Shown: positions 28,101 to 39,990 of the stretch, piece after piece | How positions within the stretch are numbered: the first letter of the stretch is position 1 | How the letters are laid out: each line of letters begins with the position of its first letter | Assembly: GCF_036321535.1 (NCBI RefSeq) | Contig: NC_087436.1 | Location: 72,232,001-72,296,000, forward strand | Source of the DNA: Camelus dromedarius | Lineage: Eukaryota | Reading direction: 5' to 3' | DNA: 64,000 nt | Program-made: the position numbers and the translations under genes | The notes under the pieces: model-generated | Databases searched by the model: none | Told to the model about the DNA's origin: nothing | Seen by the model: the letters and a program-made list of their open reading frames with translations, nothing else

Positions 28101-31100
28101 TGAATCTCAAGGGGTAAGTAGGAGTTTGTGATGTGAGTACATTGATTATAGAAGAGACCAACAGAGACACTAGAGAATATAACACATTTTAGGAACTATA
28201 AAAAAAACCTGGTATGGCTACAGTATAATGCACTTAGCAGGGGCAGTGATCAGGAGCAAAATAGGAGAAGGTCCAGATCATGAGGGACTCTGTATTCTAA
28301 GCTGTGGTTTTCGACATTTTTTTCTGCTTCAAGTGATAGATGATGCTCATATGTATAAGATACACTCGTGGGTATAAGGGAAGGTTATCTCTAAGCTTCA
28401 GTACTTTGGCTATGCATTCTCTTATTTCTCTTCCAGTTAAGGTAGTATATTAGAATGCAAATGAGTGAGTTTTTTAAAAATAAAATTATTATCTTGAGAC
28501 CTATTTTTTAATTCAAAAGTAAAATGCAAAAAAAAAAAAGAAAACGGTTGTTATTTTATTGGTAACAAACTACTCTTTCACATCTCACTACTGATCACAA
28601 TTCACAGCCTGCTTTAATGGTATGGGAGAGAATTGTTTCATCTTGTAGGTTTCAATACAGGTTTTAAACAGAGTAACATGATCACATTTAAGTTTTTAAA
28701 TTTAAATGGTGTCTGTGGTCCGCTGTACCCAAGGGAGGAGAGGTTGATTGCAAGAAAATCATGTAGAAAACTGTAGAAATATTTAGGGAGGGATCATGGA
28801 AACCTGAATGGCAATGGTAGCAGAGCTGTAGAGGAGAGAAAATTTGAAGAATATACTTTGGCCCTGTTTCTTCTGTGAGGTCAATAAAACATAAATGAGA
28901 AGAACTGAAAGTAGGCGTTTTGGGGCCATTTTAAGGCTATTGGTAATGTTAGTCACAGCAATTTTGATAAAGGTGGAAACCACATTGTCACAAGATTAGG
29001 AGTAAATGAAACAGAAGTTAATAGAGGAAAAAAGCTATTGAGAAACCTGGTTATGGGAAGGAAGAAAATTGGCTGATAACCTAAGGGAGTTGTAGATTCC
29101 AGAGACATTTTATTAAAGATGGAAAACTTTGAACAGGTTTATGGGAGAAAAAGGAAAGAGTAAATGAACAAAAGAAATAAGATAATTGATGAAATGAGAG
29201 AGAGCTGTTGTAGACAGATACAAAGATGAAGAAAGCATGATTAACTTTATGATCTCTGGAGGTAAAAATGAAGATCATTTGCTGAAAATGAGAGGGGAGG
29301 GGGTTACAATAGGTGGGGTGCTTAATGGTTGCTGTTGCCGTCGGTTCACTTTCCTTCTGGTACCCATACCTTGATTTCCCTCCAAGGAACCATCTCACCC
29401 CCCACCCCATTCTCAGTCCTTGAATTTTACAAAAAGTTGAATCCACCCTAGACACATGACTAGGTCTGGTCAATCAGAGTATTACATTTCTTTGCACAAA
29501 GTGATTGGCTCAAGGACAGATTTGAACCTTAATGGGACAAAGGGGGAAATTTTGCTGGGAAATACACCGAGGAACTTAGGAGCACAGAGGGACTGAGATT
29601 ACCAGCCACCATCCTGCAACCACATGGAACCCAAGAATGGAGCCAGCACCAGGGAAGTGGGGCCAGGAGACCAGTGTCTTGGATTCAGCTACACTTGAAT
29701 CTAATTACCAGCTGAAATGTTCAGTTAAATAGCCAATTTCCCTTTTCTCTGGAAACTGGTTTAGGTTGGGTTTTCTAACACTTGAAACAGAAAATTTACA
29801 AAGGATAGAGTGGGAAAGGCTGGAAACATTGATTATAGGAGTGAGTGAAAGACATGCCAAGGGGAAGAAAAAGTATCCCCAGGCAGAAATAAGACACTCA
29901 TTTATTAGTTCTGATACCATCTCTAAATTTTTCATAAGTTTCCAGAATTAAAACACACGAAGATCTTTACTGTAGTTCTCAGGAAGACTTGGGTTTCTAA
30001 TCTCAAGAAACAATGCAATTTGCAGCAATATCAGATTTCCTGAGCTTACCATTTCACGTAATAACTTGCAGATGAAGGCATTTCACTATTTATTTAAACA
30101 CTATTAAAAATAAACACTACGGGAAACCTTGTGGTTTTCACATGTGAGATCAACGAACCCACAGAACTCACCTTGGCAAAGTTAGTTAGGGCCTATAAAG
30201 TGTGATGGCACAGGCTACAGGCTTACCCTGCTCCCAACGTAAATTCCCACATCTGTCTTCTTTCTTCCCTCCTTCCCACAAATATGCTTTGAATGTTTAG
30301 ATAAGGGCTAGCCACGTGATCAAGGACTATGGATAAAATGAAAAGCAAGCAGACACAGTCCTTTGGCCTCATGGGATCTACAGTTTAACGAGACAGTCAG
30401 TCATTATGCTGGTAATCATACACACAGACTATTGCAACTATCAGAGTGTTACAAGGGGAGTGCATCATCTTCTGAGTGCACCCAGAAGCAAAAATTTATG
30501 AGATAATTCTTATCATTTGCAACCCACTCTGCATTTTTTTTCATTCCATTCTATTCTTTTTTTCTTTTTAAGAAAAATGCTGGTCCTAATTTCCTACATT
30601 TATTTCATAATCTACTATCATGCGGGGATTTGGTTAGTCAGCAAGGTCTTTCTAAGGAAATGATGATAGAACTGAAGTCAAAAGATGAGTAAGAATTCAT
30701 TAGTTTAAAAAAGGGAGAAAAAAGTCATCAGAGGATATAGCGTGCAAAACCTGGGAACAAGAGGATGTAGATGTAACTTTGAGACTAAGGAAAGCCAGTA
30801 TTTGGTTGCAGTGCAGTAAGCAAGTTGTCGGGGACGGGCCCGATGAGGCAGAGAGAGAGAGATGGCCAACACCAGGCAGGGTCTTTCAGGCCATGTAAAT
30901 TGTTGCTTTTGAGAGCAATAAGATGGCACTGAAGATTTATTCTTTGAGGAGATTGTATGAGCTGATTGTGCAAAAATAGAGGTGATGATGGATATGGGTA
31001 GAATACTTACGGTAAGGGAAAAACTATAACTTGGACTTGAGTAGAAGCCAGCTTATATGGACGGAAATATCTTCTTAGCATTAAAAATTAATTCCTGGTA

Positions 31101-31339
31101 TAACATAAACAAATAGTTGTAGTACTAATTCCCAAACATATGTCAGTTTCTACATAATCAAAAAATATATGTCAGTTTCTACATAATCAATCACCTAGTG
31201 AAGCTGACTGGCAATATAGAATTCGTGGGTTCTACTTGCAAAGATTTTGATTTGATGAGTTTGTGGTAGAGCTCTGATATTTGTATGTATTTTAAAGTCC
31301 TTTGGAGATTCTGATGTGCAACTAAGATTTAGAACAATT

Positions 31340-32400
31340 AAAGGAAAGCTTCTCTTCTTTATTCTGTACTCACTTATGTAAGTGACCTAATCCAATTCTT
31401 TAACTTTAAATGCCGTCCATGTGATAATCACTCCTAAGTTTGTATAATTTAAGCCCAAATCTCTCTGCTGAACCACCCAGTACTATATGCAACTGTTGAA
31501 TACTTTATATCATCACTTGGGTGATCTAATAGGAATTTCTAACATTAACGAGACCAACATAAAATTTTAAACCCCAAGCCATTCCCCTTCCAACCTTCTC
31601 CTTGAGTTTTCCTATCTCAGTGATTGCAACTTCATGTTTCCACTTGCTCATGCTAATCACAGAGCCATCCTTAATACATCACGTATTTCATGCCATGCAC
31701 TCAATTCATGAGCAAGTCCCGTCAGCTCTACCTTTCAAAGACACCCACAACCCAGCGACTTCTCACCAGCTTCAAGGCTCCTGCTACAAAGCATCATGAT
31801 CTTGCACCCAATCTGTCTTAAAACTGTTTGCACTGTTCTCTCTTCATCTTTGCCTCCCTGGTTCACATAGTGCATGGTAAACTTTGAAAAAGAGAGATCA
31901 TTTCACTCTTCTGTTTGAAAGCCTCCAAATGGCTTTATAATTCACCTAGAAGAAATCCAAAGATCTCCTCATACCCTAAAAGGCACAAATCCTCCAATCT
32001 TACCACCTCTAACTGTTCAGCCACATTGGTCCTTAAATATACTAAGCAAATTCCTATCTTGGGATCTTTGCACCTGCTAGTCTCTCTGCCTGGAATACTT
32101 TTTTTCCCAAAGCGTGTAAAATTTTTCTGTCACTTCTTTCAATCTTTTGCTCAAATATAATAGTGTTAGAGTCCTTCTTATATCACTCTATATAAAATAT
32201 ACATGAAGTCTATGTATATATTTATATGTGTGTCTATATATATACACACACATCTATAATTTGTCAGTTGTCACCCCCAATAGAATGACTTTTCCTTGAG
32301 AGAGAAATTTCGTTTGGTTTATTGTTATATCTTCCGTGGTGGAAGCATTTCTTGGTAGAAGCTCAATAAATATTTGACAAATGAATGAATGGCATAGAAA
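31340..32400. mobile_element. Degenerate L2-like remnant
   Basis: Ends in ctcaataaatatttgacaaatgaatgaat, the typical L2 3' tail; body highly diverged. Confidence 0.55.
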
Positions 32401-34249
32401 AAGAAGAGATGGTGAGACACACATGGAGAAATGGGTGGGGATGGGTGGCAAGAGCATGAAAATTCACAGTGCATCTCTGACGCACCTGCCTGCCATCAGA
32501 AATGGTCACATCCCATCCTCCTTGTCAGGTAAAGTTGTGTGTGTACAAATTGGACCTCAGGAGAGGCAAGGAAGACTATCAAGCAGTGGTTACCTGTACT
32601 GACTCTACTGTCAAACAGCCTGATTTTGAACTCCAGTTTCACCACATTCCTGTGTGACTTCAGTCAAGTCACTCAACCTCTCCAAACCTCTACACACTTA
32701 CCCAAAAATGTGCTAAATTAGTGTGTTTGGGGGAGGATTAAATGAAGATAATTCATAAAGTGTATCTGCCACAAAGAAGTTGTCATCAAATATTAGCTGT
32801 TGCTTATTATATGGTGGAATGGGGCTGGCTAGTGGTGGGATAATGAAAGAAAGAGAAAATAAGAGAATCAGAAGAGCCAAGACACTGGCCTTCCACTGCA
32901 GCAAATATTTAGATAACTAAGATCTTTCTCACCTTTCTCAACTGTTAAAATGCTTGTTTAGAGTAAGAGGTACATAGAACACCAATAGTCGCAGTCTTTC
33001 TAGTGTTGACCTAGTTAGATCCTCAGATTTCATGAAGAGAAGTAAGATACAGTCAAGTCAAGTGCCAGATGGAAAGAGGAAGGTAGTTGAGAAAAATTTA
33101 AAAACTGACTCAGCAGAGAATTTAGTGCGTCATGTTACACCACATCCTGTAATTTTTGTTGGCCAATAACCAGTATCACGTGTTCCAGCAGCATAAGGAT
33201 AATTAAGACCAACTTTTCTCAACATCAGCAACTGTTGCCAGAGGCAACCAACTCCTGCATCAGTCAACATGGCCATCAAATGATGTAGAAAAATACAAGC
33301 AAGAAATGTCTGTATAATCCCAGCATTTGGAGAGGTGATAGCTGAATTATAGTATGATGTAGATATAGAATTATATTCCTATATTCAATCACAACAATAA
33401 TAAGATCAAAAATTCTTTAAGAACAAGTTTTTCCATGTTTACTCTGTTATTTCTATTTTTTTTCCCATTTACCCAATATACATACCCTTAATAGGTTGGT
33501 AAATCTTCCAAATATTTGTTCACATCCAATCATAATACCATTTAAGATTTCTGTGATTCATAAGCATGTTTGAGTAGATTTGGAGTCAATTCACAATTTC
33601 AGTATGTACCAAAACATTAAATGTGAAGATTTGTATCACAGGTAATAACATAATTAAGGCAGCCAGACCAATGAAAACTCTCTCAGAACTAACTGATCAC
33701 AGACACAGGAATGAGCAGTTGGGCATTAATATTGTTTTTACTGGGACTCTGTACGGGCACTCCAACATCTCATACTGCTAGTCAACAGACAGCTCATTCT
33801 TACCTCTGTCGTTAAGTATGAGGGGTTTCCCACAAATTTCAACATTGGATAAATTGACCAGTGATAAATGAATCCTTAAGTCAGACACTGAAGAGGAAAA
33901 GTTTCTTTGATGAACACAAAACAAATGTTTCAATGCAAAATTCAACATTTAAATCATATCTGCTGTGGGACTTCGGGGAAAGACATCTGCTCTGAAGATG
34001 AGTGGAATAAAGTTTGTGGAAATTCTTCCTCTAAGCATGTCCACCCATAGAGAAAGAAGGTAATACAACCCCCTCTTGAGGTGGGCAATTGTGGTTTAAA
34101 CGAAAGAACCATCAAACAGCTGGAGCAGGATGAGGTCTGGCTCCAGCCTTACAGCTGAACGGATCAACTCCCCTGGCAGGTCTTTCTGAGATAAGAATAA
34201 GACCAAGAAAGGAGTGAATGAGGTTGGCTTGATGATAAGTAAGGAGGAA

Positions 34250-35195
34250 TACCCACACACCTACAGTCAATTAATCTTCAACAAAGGAAGCAAGAATACA
34301 CAATGGAGAAAAAACTGCTTCTTTGGCAAGTGGTGTCAGGAAAACTGGAAAGCCGCATGTAAATCAATGAAGTTAGAACACTTCCTTACACTACACACAA
34401 AAATAAACTCAAAATGGCCTAAAGACTTATGACACTATAAACCTCTTGGAGGAGAACATAAACAAAACACTCTCTGACATAAACCTTAGCAATGTTCTCC
34501 CAGGGCAGCCTACCCAGGCAATAGAAATAAAAGCAAAAATAAACAAATGGGACCTATTAAACTTGCAAGCTTTTGCACAGCAAAGAAAACCATAAATAAA
34601 ACAAAAAGACAACCTATGGAATGGACAAAATATTTGCAAACAATGCAAAGGATTAGGGCTTAATTTCCATAATTACAAAGAGCTCATACAACTCAGTAAC
34701 AAAATAAACAAACAAACAAACAACCCAATACAAAAATAAGCAGAAGACTTAAACAAACATTTCTCCACTGAAGACATACAAATGGCCAATAGGCACATGA
34801 AAAAGTGCTCAATTTTGCTAGTTATTAGAGAAATGCAAATGAAAATTACAAAGAAGTATCACTTCACACCAGTCAGAATGGCTGTCATTCAAAAGTCCAC
34901 AAATGATGAATGCTGAAAAGAGTGTGGAAAAAAAGGAACCCTTTTACACTGTTGGTGGAAATGTAGTTTGGTGCAGCCATTATGGAAAACAGTACAGAGA
35001 TTCTTTAAGAAACTAAAAACAGACTTACCATATGATCTAACAATCCAACATCTAAGCATATATCCAGAGGAAATTCTAATTTGAAAAGATCCATGCACCC
35101 CAATGTTCCTAGCAGCACTATTTACAATAGCCAAGACATGGAAGCAACTTAAATGTCCACCAACAGATGACTGGATAAAGATGTGGTATGTATGT

Positions 35196-35244
<49 letters not shown>

Positions 35245-35700
35245 AGAATACTACTCAGCCATGAAAAAGAATAAAATGATGACATTCGCAGCAACATTGA
35301 TGGACCTGGAGATTGTCATACTAAGTGAAGTAAACCAGAAAAAGAAAGAAAATTACATGATATCACTTATATGTGGAATGTAAAAAATTACACAAATGAA
35401 CTTATTTACATAGAAACATAGAAGACAAACTTGTGGTTACTTGGGGGAAAGGCAAGGGCAGAGGAATATATTAAGAGTTCGGGGTTTGCAGATACTAACT
35501 ACTACATATAAAGTAGATAAACAGGAAGGTCCTACTGTAGAGCACAGGGAACCATATTCAATAACTTGTAATAGCCTATAATGAAAAAGAATATGAAAAG
35601 GAATATATATATATATATGTGTGTGTGTGTATAACTGAATCACTATGCTGTACACCAGAAATTAACACATTGTAAACTGACTATACTTCAATAAAAAAAG
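34250..35700 (+). mobile_element. 5'-truncated L1 (ORF2 3' part plus 3' UTR), disrupted
   Basis: ORF fragments PHTYSQLIFNKGSKN..W..ACKSMKL and EYYSAMKKN; poly(A) tail at about 35690-35700. Confidence 0.92.
35197..35242 (+). repeat. (CA)23 microsatellite within L1
   Basis: Direct read. Confidence 0.95.
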
Positions 35701-36704
35701 AAATATTGATAAAATAATCAGAAGGGCAAATATGCTGAAAAAGTCCTCCTATAGAGATTGTTCAATGACCAAAGATTACCAATACCTCTGAGACCACAGT
35801 CTCAGCCTGAGTGTTAAAGAATGTTGAGTGGATATTTGGAATTTGGAGAATAGAAGAAAAGAAATGGAAGAGAAAGGAAATGAACAGAAAGGAAGGGATA
35901 TGTATATTAAATACTTAAATACCCACCAAATGGTGGGGAAAAATAGAAACCTTTTTATGTGCTGATGTTGAAAAAGCTATTTTTGAGGACAGTGGAGGGA
36001 GCAGCAAAAGAGAAGATTCTGTAAAGTTCACTGAGAAAGTTTGAGAACAGATGCTAGCATCCCACCAGATATCAGCATAAAGACTTTCTTTGGGAGGCAA
36101 TGTGGACAAGTGAAAAGATCAGGGGCCTTGGAATCAGAAACTATCATTCATAAGACCTGTAAATGATACAGGTTGGTTAACTTCTCTGAGATTTATTTTG
36201 GAATGGGACCACTGTATATACAAATAGAAGCATTTGTTTTGCAGGGCTGTCATAAAAATTGTGGAAAATTGGTATGAAGTAATGTGCCAGAACCTAGAGA
36301 AGATGAAAAAGGTTGGATAATGCAGAAAGAAGGAAGTGACTTCAACATAAGGATAAATACTCTGCAACCAGAGATCATTACATATCGGGTCCTCAAGGCA
36401 CTGTTCTAGACCATGATTTCTTTTTAGATCTCTCACTAGGTAGATTCCATAAGTAGTTCTCTGTGCTGAGGTCTCTCACGTAATAACCACAGCACGGACT
36501 ACTTCCCTGAGTTCCAAACTCATATACAACTTCCCCCTTGACATTTCCATTTGGACATTTCACAGGCTTTTCAAACTTTTTATGTTTAGGTAAAAATTCT
36601 TAAATCCACTACCATCTCAACATGTTCCATCCCTAGTCTTTTACATCTCAATAAATGGCATCACCATACACTTAGTTGTTTCCATCAAACAACCAGGAAT
36701 AATT

Positions 36705-37260
36705 CTTTTTCTTTCTTTCTTTCTTTTTTTTTTTTTTGTTCTCTGCCATCTTATTGTATTTCTTTGTTTGTTTTTGTTTGTTTGTTTGTTTTTTAAATCT
36801 ATTTTTACATATAGAGGCTAACATTTGCAAATCTTGAACTCCCAAATTTATCCCTTCCCACCCCATTTCCCCAGTAACCATAAGATTGTTTACTATGTCT
36901 GCAACTCCACCTCTGTTTTGTAGATGAGTTCACAGTGTCTTTTTTCTTTTTTTAGATTCCACATATGAGTGATATCATATAGTATTTTTCTTTCTATTTC
37001 TGGCTTACTTCACTTAGAATGATGATCTCTAGGTCCATCAATGTTGCTGCAAATGGCATGATTTTATTCTTTTTTATGGCTGAATAGTATTCCACTGTAT
37101 AAATATACCACAACTTCTTTATCCAGTCATCTGTGGATGGACATGTAGGTTGTTTCCATATCTTGGCTATTGTAAATAGTATGACTATGAACATTGAAGG
37201 GTGCATGTGCCTTTTCAAATTAGCATTCCCTCCAGATATATGCCCAGAAGTGGGATTGCT
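36705..37260 (-). mobile_element. 5'-truncated L1 with double A-rich tail
   Basis: Minus-strand ORF WKQPTCPSTDDWIKKLWYIYTVEYYSAIK; T-rich tails at 36705-36737 and 36763-36794. Confidence 0.88.
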
Positions 37261-38178
37261 GTGTCTTATTTTTTAATCATGTTATTTGTGTTCTAATTGT
37301 TGAGTTTTAAGAGTTCTTTGTATATTTTGGACAACATCCCTTTATCAAATAATTCTTTTGCAAATATTTTCTCCTTGTTTGGTGCTTGACTTTTCATTCT
37401 CTTGGTAGTGTCTTTCTCAGAATAGAAAATTTTAATTTTAATAAAGTCCAGATTGTCAATTCTCTCCTTCATGGATTGTACTGCCTCAATTTGAATTATG
37501 ACTTTATTTTCAAACCATCTTGGAAAGCCAATTAGATATACTTCATATAAAACTTTCATTTACTATTGAAAAAAAAACACTTGTGCATAATCACATATGG
37601 TTGTGACTGAAAGAATCACTTGTGAAAGAAACTAGCTCTGGTCTATTTATAATACATTAACTACTACTATTTATCTCTTTTCTATGACATAATCCTTGGT
37701 CGTAGCATTCACCAGTCTAGTTCTCCAATTTAAATTAGGGAAAAATAAGGGTTGTTTCCATGAAACATTTTGTTCCAAAGAAAATGAATTCCAGTCTGCT
37801 TTACTAACACTGAATTTTTTGAAACCAAAATGATTCAAACCAAACATTTTGTTAAGTGGCCTCAACTTACTCTCTAGGGGAAGGTATGCTTCAAGATCTC
37901 AGTGGGTTAGTAAAGTACTCATAGTTCAACATTAGCCAGAATTTCTAGGATTTTTGTAACTTTTGGTTTGGCATTGCAACACCTCTTATGTCACTGGGAT
38001 CAATTTCCTAATTGCCAATTCTTATGGAAATAATATTTCAAAATGCATAAAAGTGTTTTTTCATTGGAAATCCGTAATTAGATTTATGAAAAATATTTGT
38101 GACAAAAATTAACTATAAGATACATTCTCTTGCCATTTTTCTCTTTTGAACTTTGTTTTGTTGGTGTTGTTATTGTTT

Positions 38179-38545
38179 GTTTTAGTCCATTTGGGCTGCT
38201 ATAACAAAATGCCATGGACTGGGTGGCTTATAAACAACAGAAATTTGTTGTTCACAGTTCTGGATGCTGGGAAGTTCAGGATCAAGATGCTGGCAGATTC
38301 AATGTTTAGTAAGAACCCATTTCCTCGTTCATAGATGGTGCTGTCTTCCGTGTCCTCACATGGGAGGAAGCAGTCAGGGGGCTCTGTGAGGCCTTTTTCA
38401 TAAGGACACTAATCCCAATTATGAGAAAGCTGCCCTCCAAACCTGGTCACCTCCCAAAGGCCTGGCCTCCTAATACTATCACACTAGGAATTAGAATTTC
38501 AATGTATGAATTTTGAGGGAGACACAAACATTCAGACTATGGCAT
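38179..38545 (-). mobile_element. MaLR LTR (MLT1A/B-like)
   Basis: ttagtccatttgggctgctataacaaaat...ggcttataaacaacagaaattt...acacaaacattcagactat. Confidence 0.8.
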
Positions 38546-39730
38546 TATTGATGTTGTTTTTGGTGGTGGTGGTGGTAATATACGTGTGTATCTGACTTTC
38601 AAGTTCATGAACATTGCCTTAGATACTTCCCAAATGTTGAGTTTTTGCTATTTGTTCAAATAGCGACAAGGGAGGCAAACAGAGAGTAGTTCTGGTTCTC
38701 TAGGAAGTATATGGGGCACACACATATAAACACATCACAATTATTCCAATTAAAACAGCAATCCATTAGGTTCTAATATACATTAAATGAGAATGAAAGA
38801 CATTGCAAGTTCACACAGAACGGGATCTTCTTCTCCTAAAAAAAAGTTATGAAGATAATGGTGGTCAAAAACAGTGCAGTAGATGGCCATTTCTAAGCAC
38901 AGTATTAGACATCTAACTTCCACAAAGGACCTCTGCAGGATGAGACAAACAACTTCCCCCCCAAATTATTTAAAATAGCTAATCTCTACAAAAATTTTCT
39001 CTTTTTCGCTTACACCAAATTTCTGAAGACAGTAATGAGTGCTCCCATTTCTGAGAAGCCAAGGATTTGGGAAACATTTGAAACTTTAATGCTCATCTTT
39101 TTTTTTTTTTTTTTCCTATGTATCATCTCTTGTCAACAAATACTTTTTGCAGGCCAGGCTTGCACAGCTGAACAAGAAATAACTGGCAAGGAAAAGCCCA
39201 TCCATGGTCGCTTGAAGCCTAGTTCAGTTTGTACTCAAAGTTCACTGATTTAATCCTTTCTCAAGCAGATTTAATCTGAAATGGGTAGCAGGAAAAACAG
39301 ATGATGAACAAAAGAAGGGAAAACATTCCTGACATATCACAATAAATCTGGGGCAACTTTGAAACAAAGTTAATCCCTAAATGAAGCAGCTTCTTCACTG
39401 AACTGCTAAGACTGATATGGAAGGAGACAGACTGCGTGAGTATTGCAGGGTTAACCCAAGAGTAACTGGCTTTTTCCTTTTCTTGAGCATGCAAGCAAGT
39501 AAGTCTATTTTCCACTTGAACTCCTAATGGATTGATAAACTCTTATACTGATATTTTGATGTACTTAACCTGATAATGAAATGTCTACATCTTTACTTAC
39601 TGCAATATATAATATTGCTTGAAGGTAATATAAAGAGTAGTGGATATAAAAGAAAATAAAAACTCAGAAAAATACTTGAAAAGGTCTGAGTCAAATACTA
39701 AAATCACATAATTAAAGGCCTCTTTGATTT

Positions 39731-39990
39731 TTTTTTTACATTTTCAGTTTTATTAGGTAGAGTTATTACATTTGACTGCACATACACATTATATTGCATG
39801 TAAATATATATATATAGTATACTGCACATTTTTTTAGTTTACATATATGTACTAATTATTGTTTCTAAGAACAGATTAGAGCTTTAGCTTTTTAAACTTA
39901 CATAGTTATCAAAGGGGTAAAGCCAACTACAAAATAAGAATCAACAGAATGCGGTAATCCAGTCATAAAGGACAGTCAAATGTGTTAGGT
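39731..39990 (-). pseudogene. Retrotransposed 3'-end fragment of an unidentified polyadenylated RNA
   Basis: 13-bp TSD GCCTCTTTGATTT at 39718-39730 and 39991-40003; minus-strand AATAAA (39749-39754) 11 nt before the poly(A). Confidence 0.7.

Noticed and set aside
33131..33148. Similarity (catgttacaccacatcct) to the PPBP promoter at about 54053-54070
   Set aside because: The match does not extend on either side; treated as chance.
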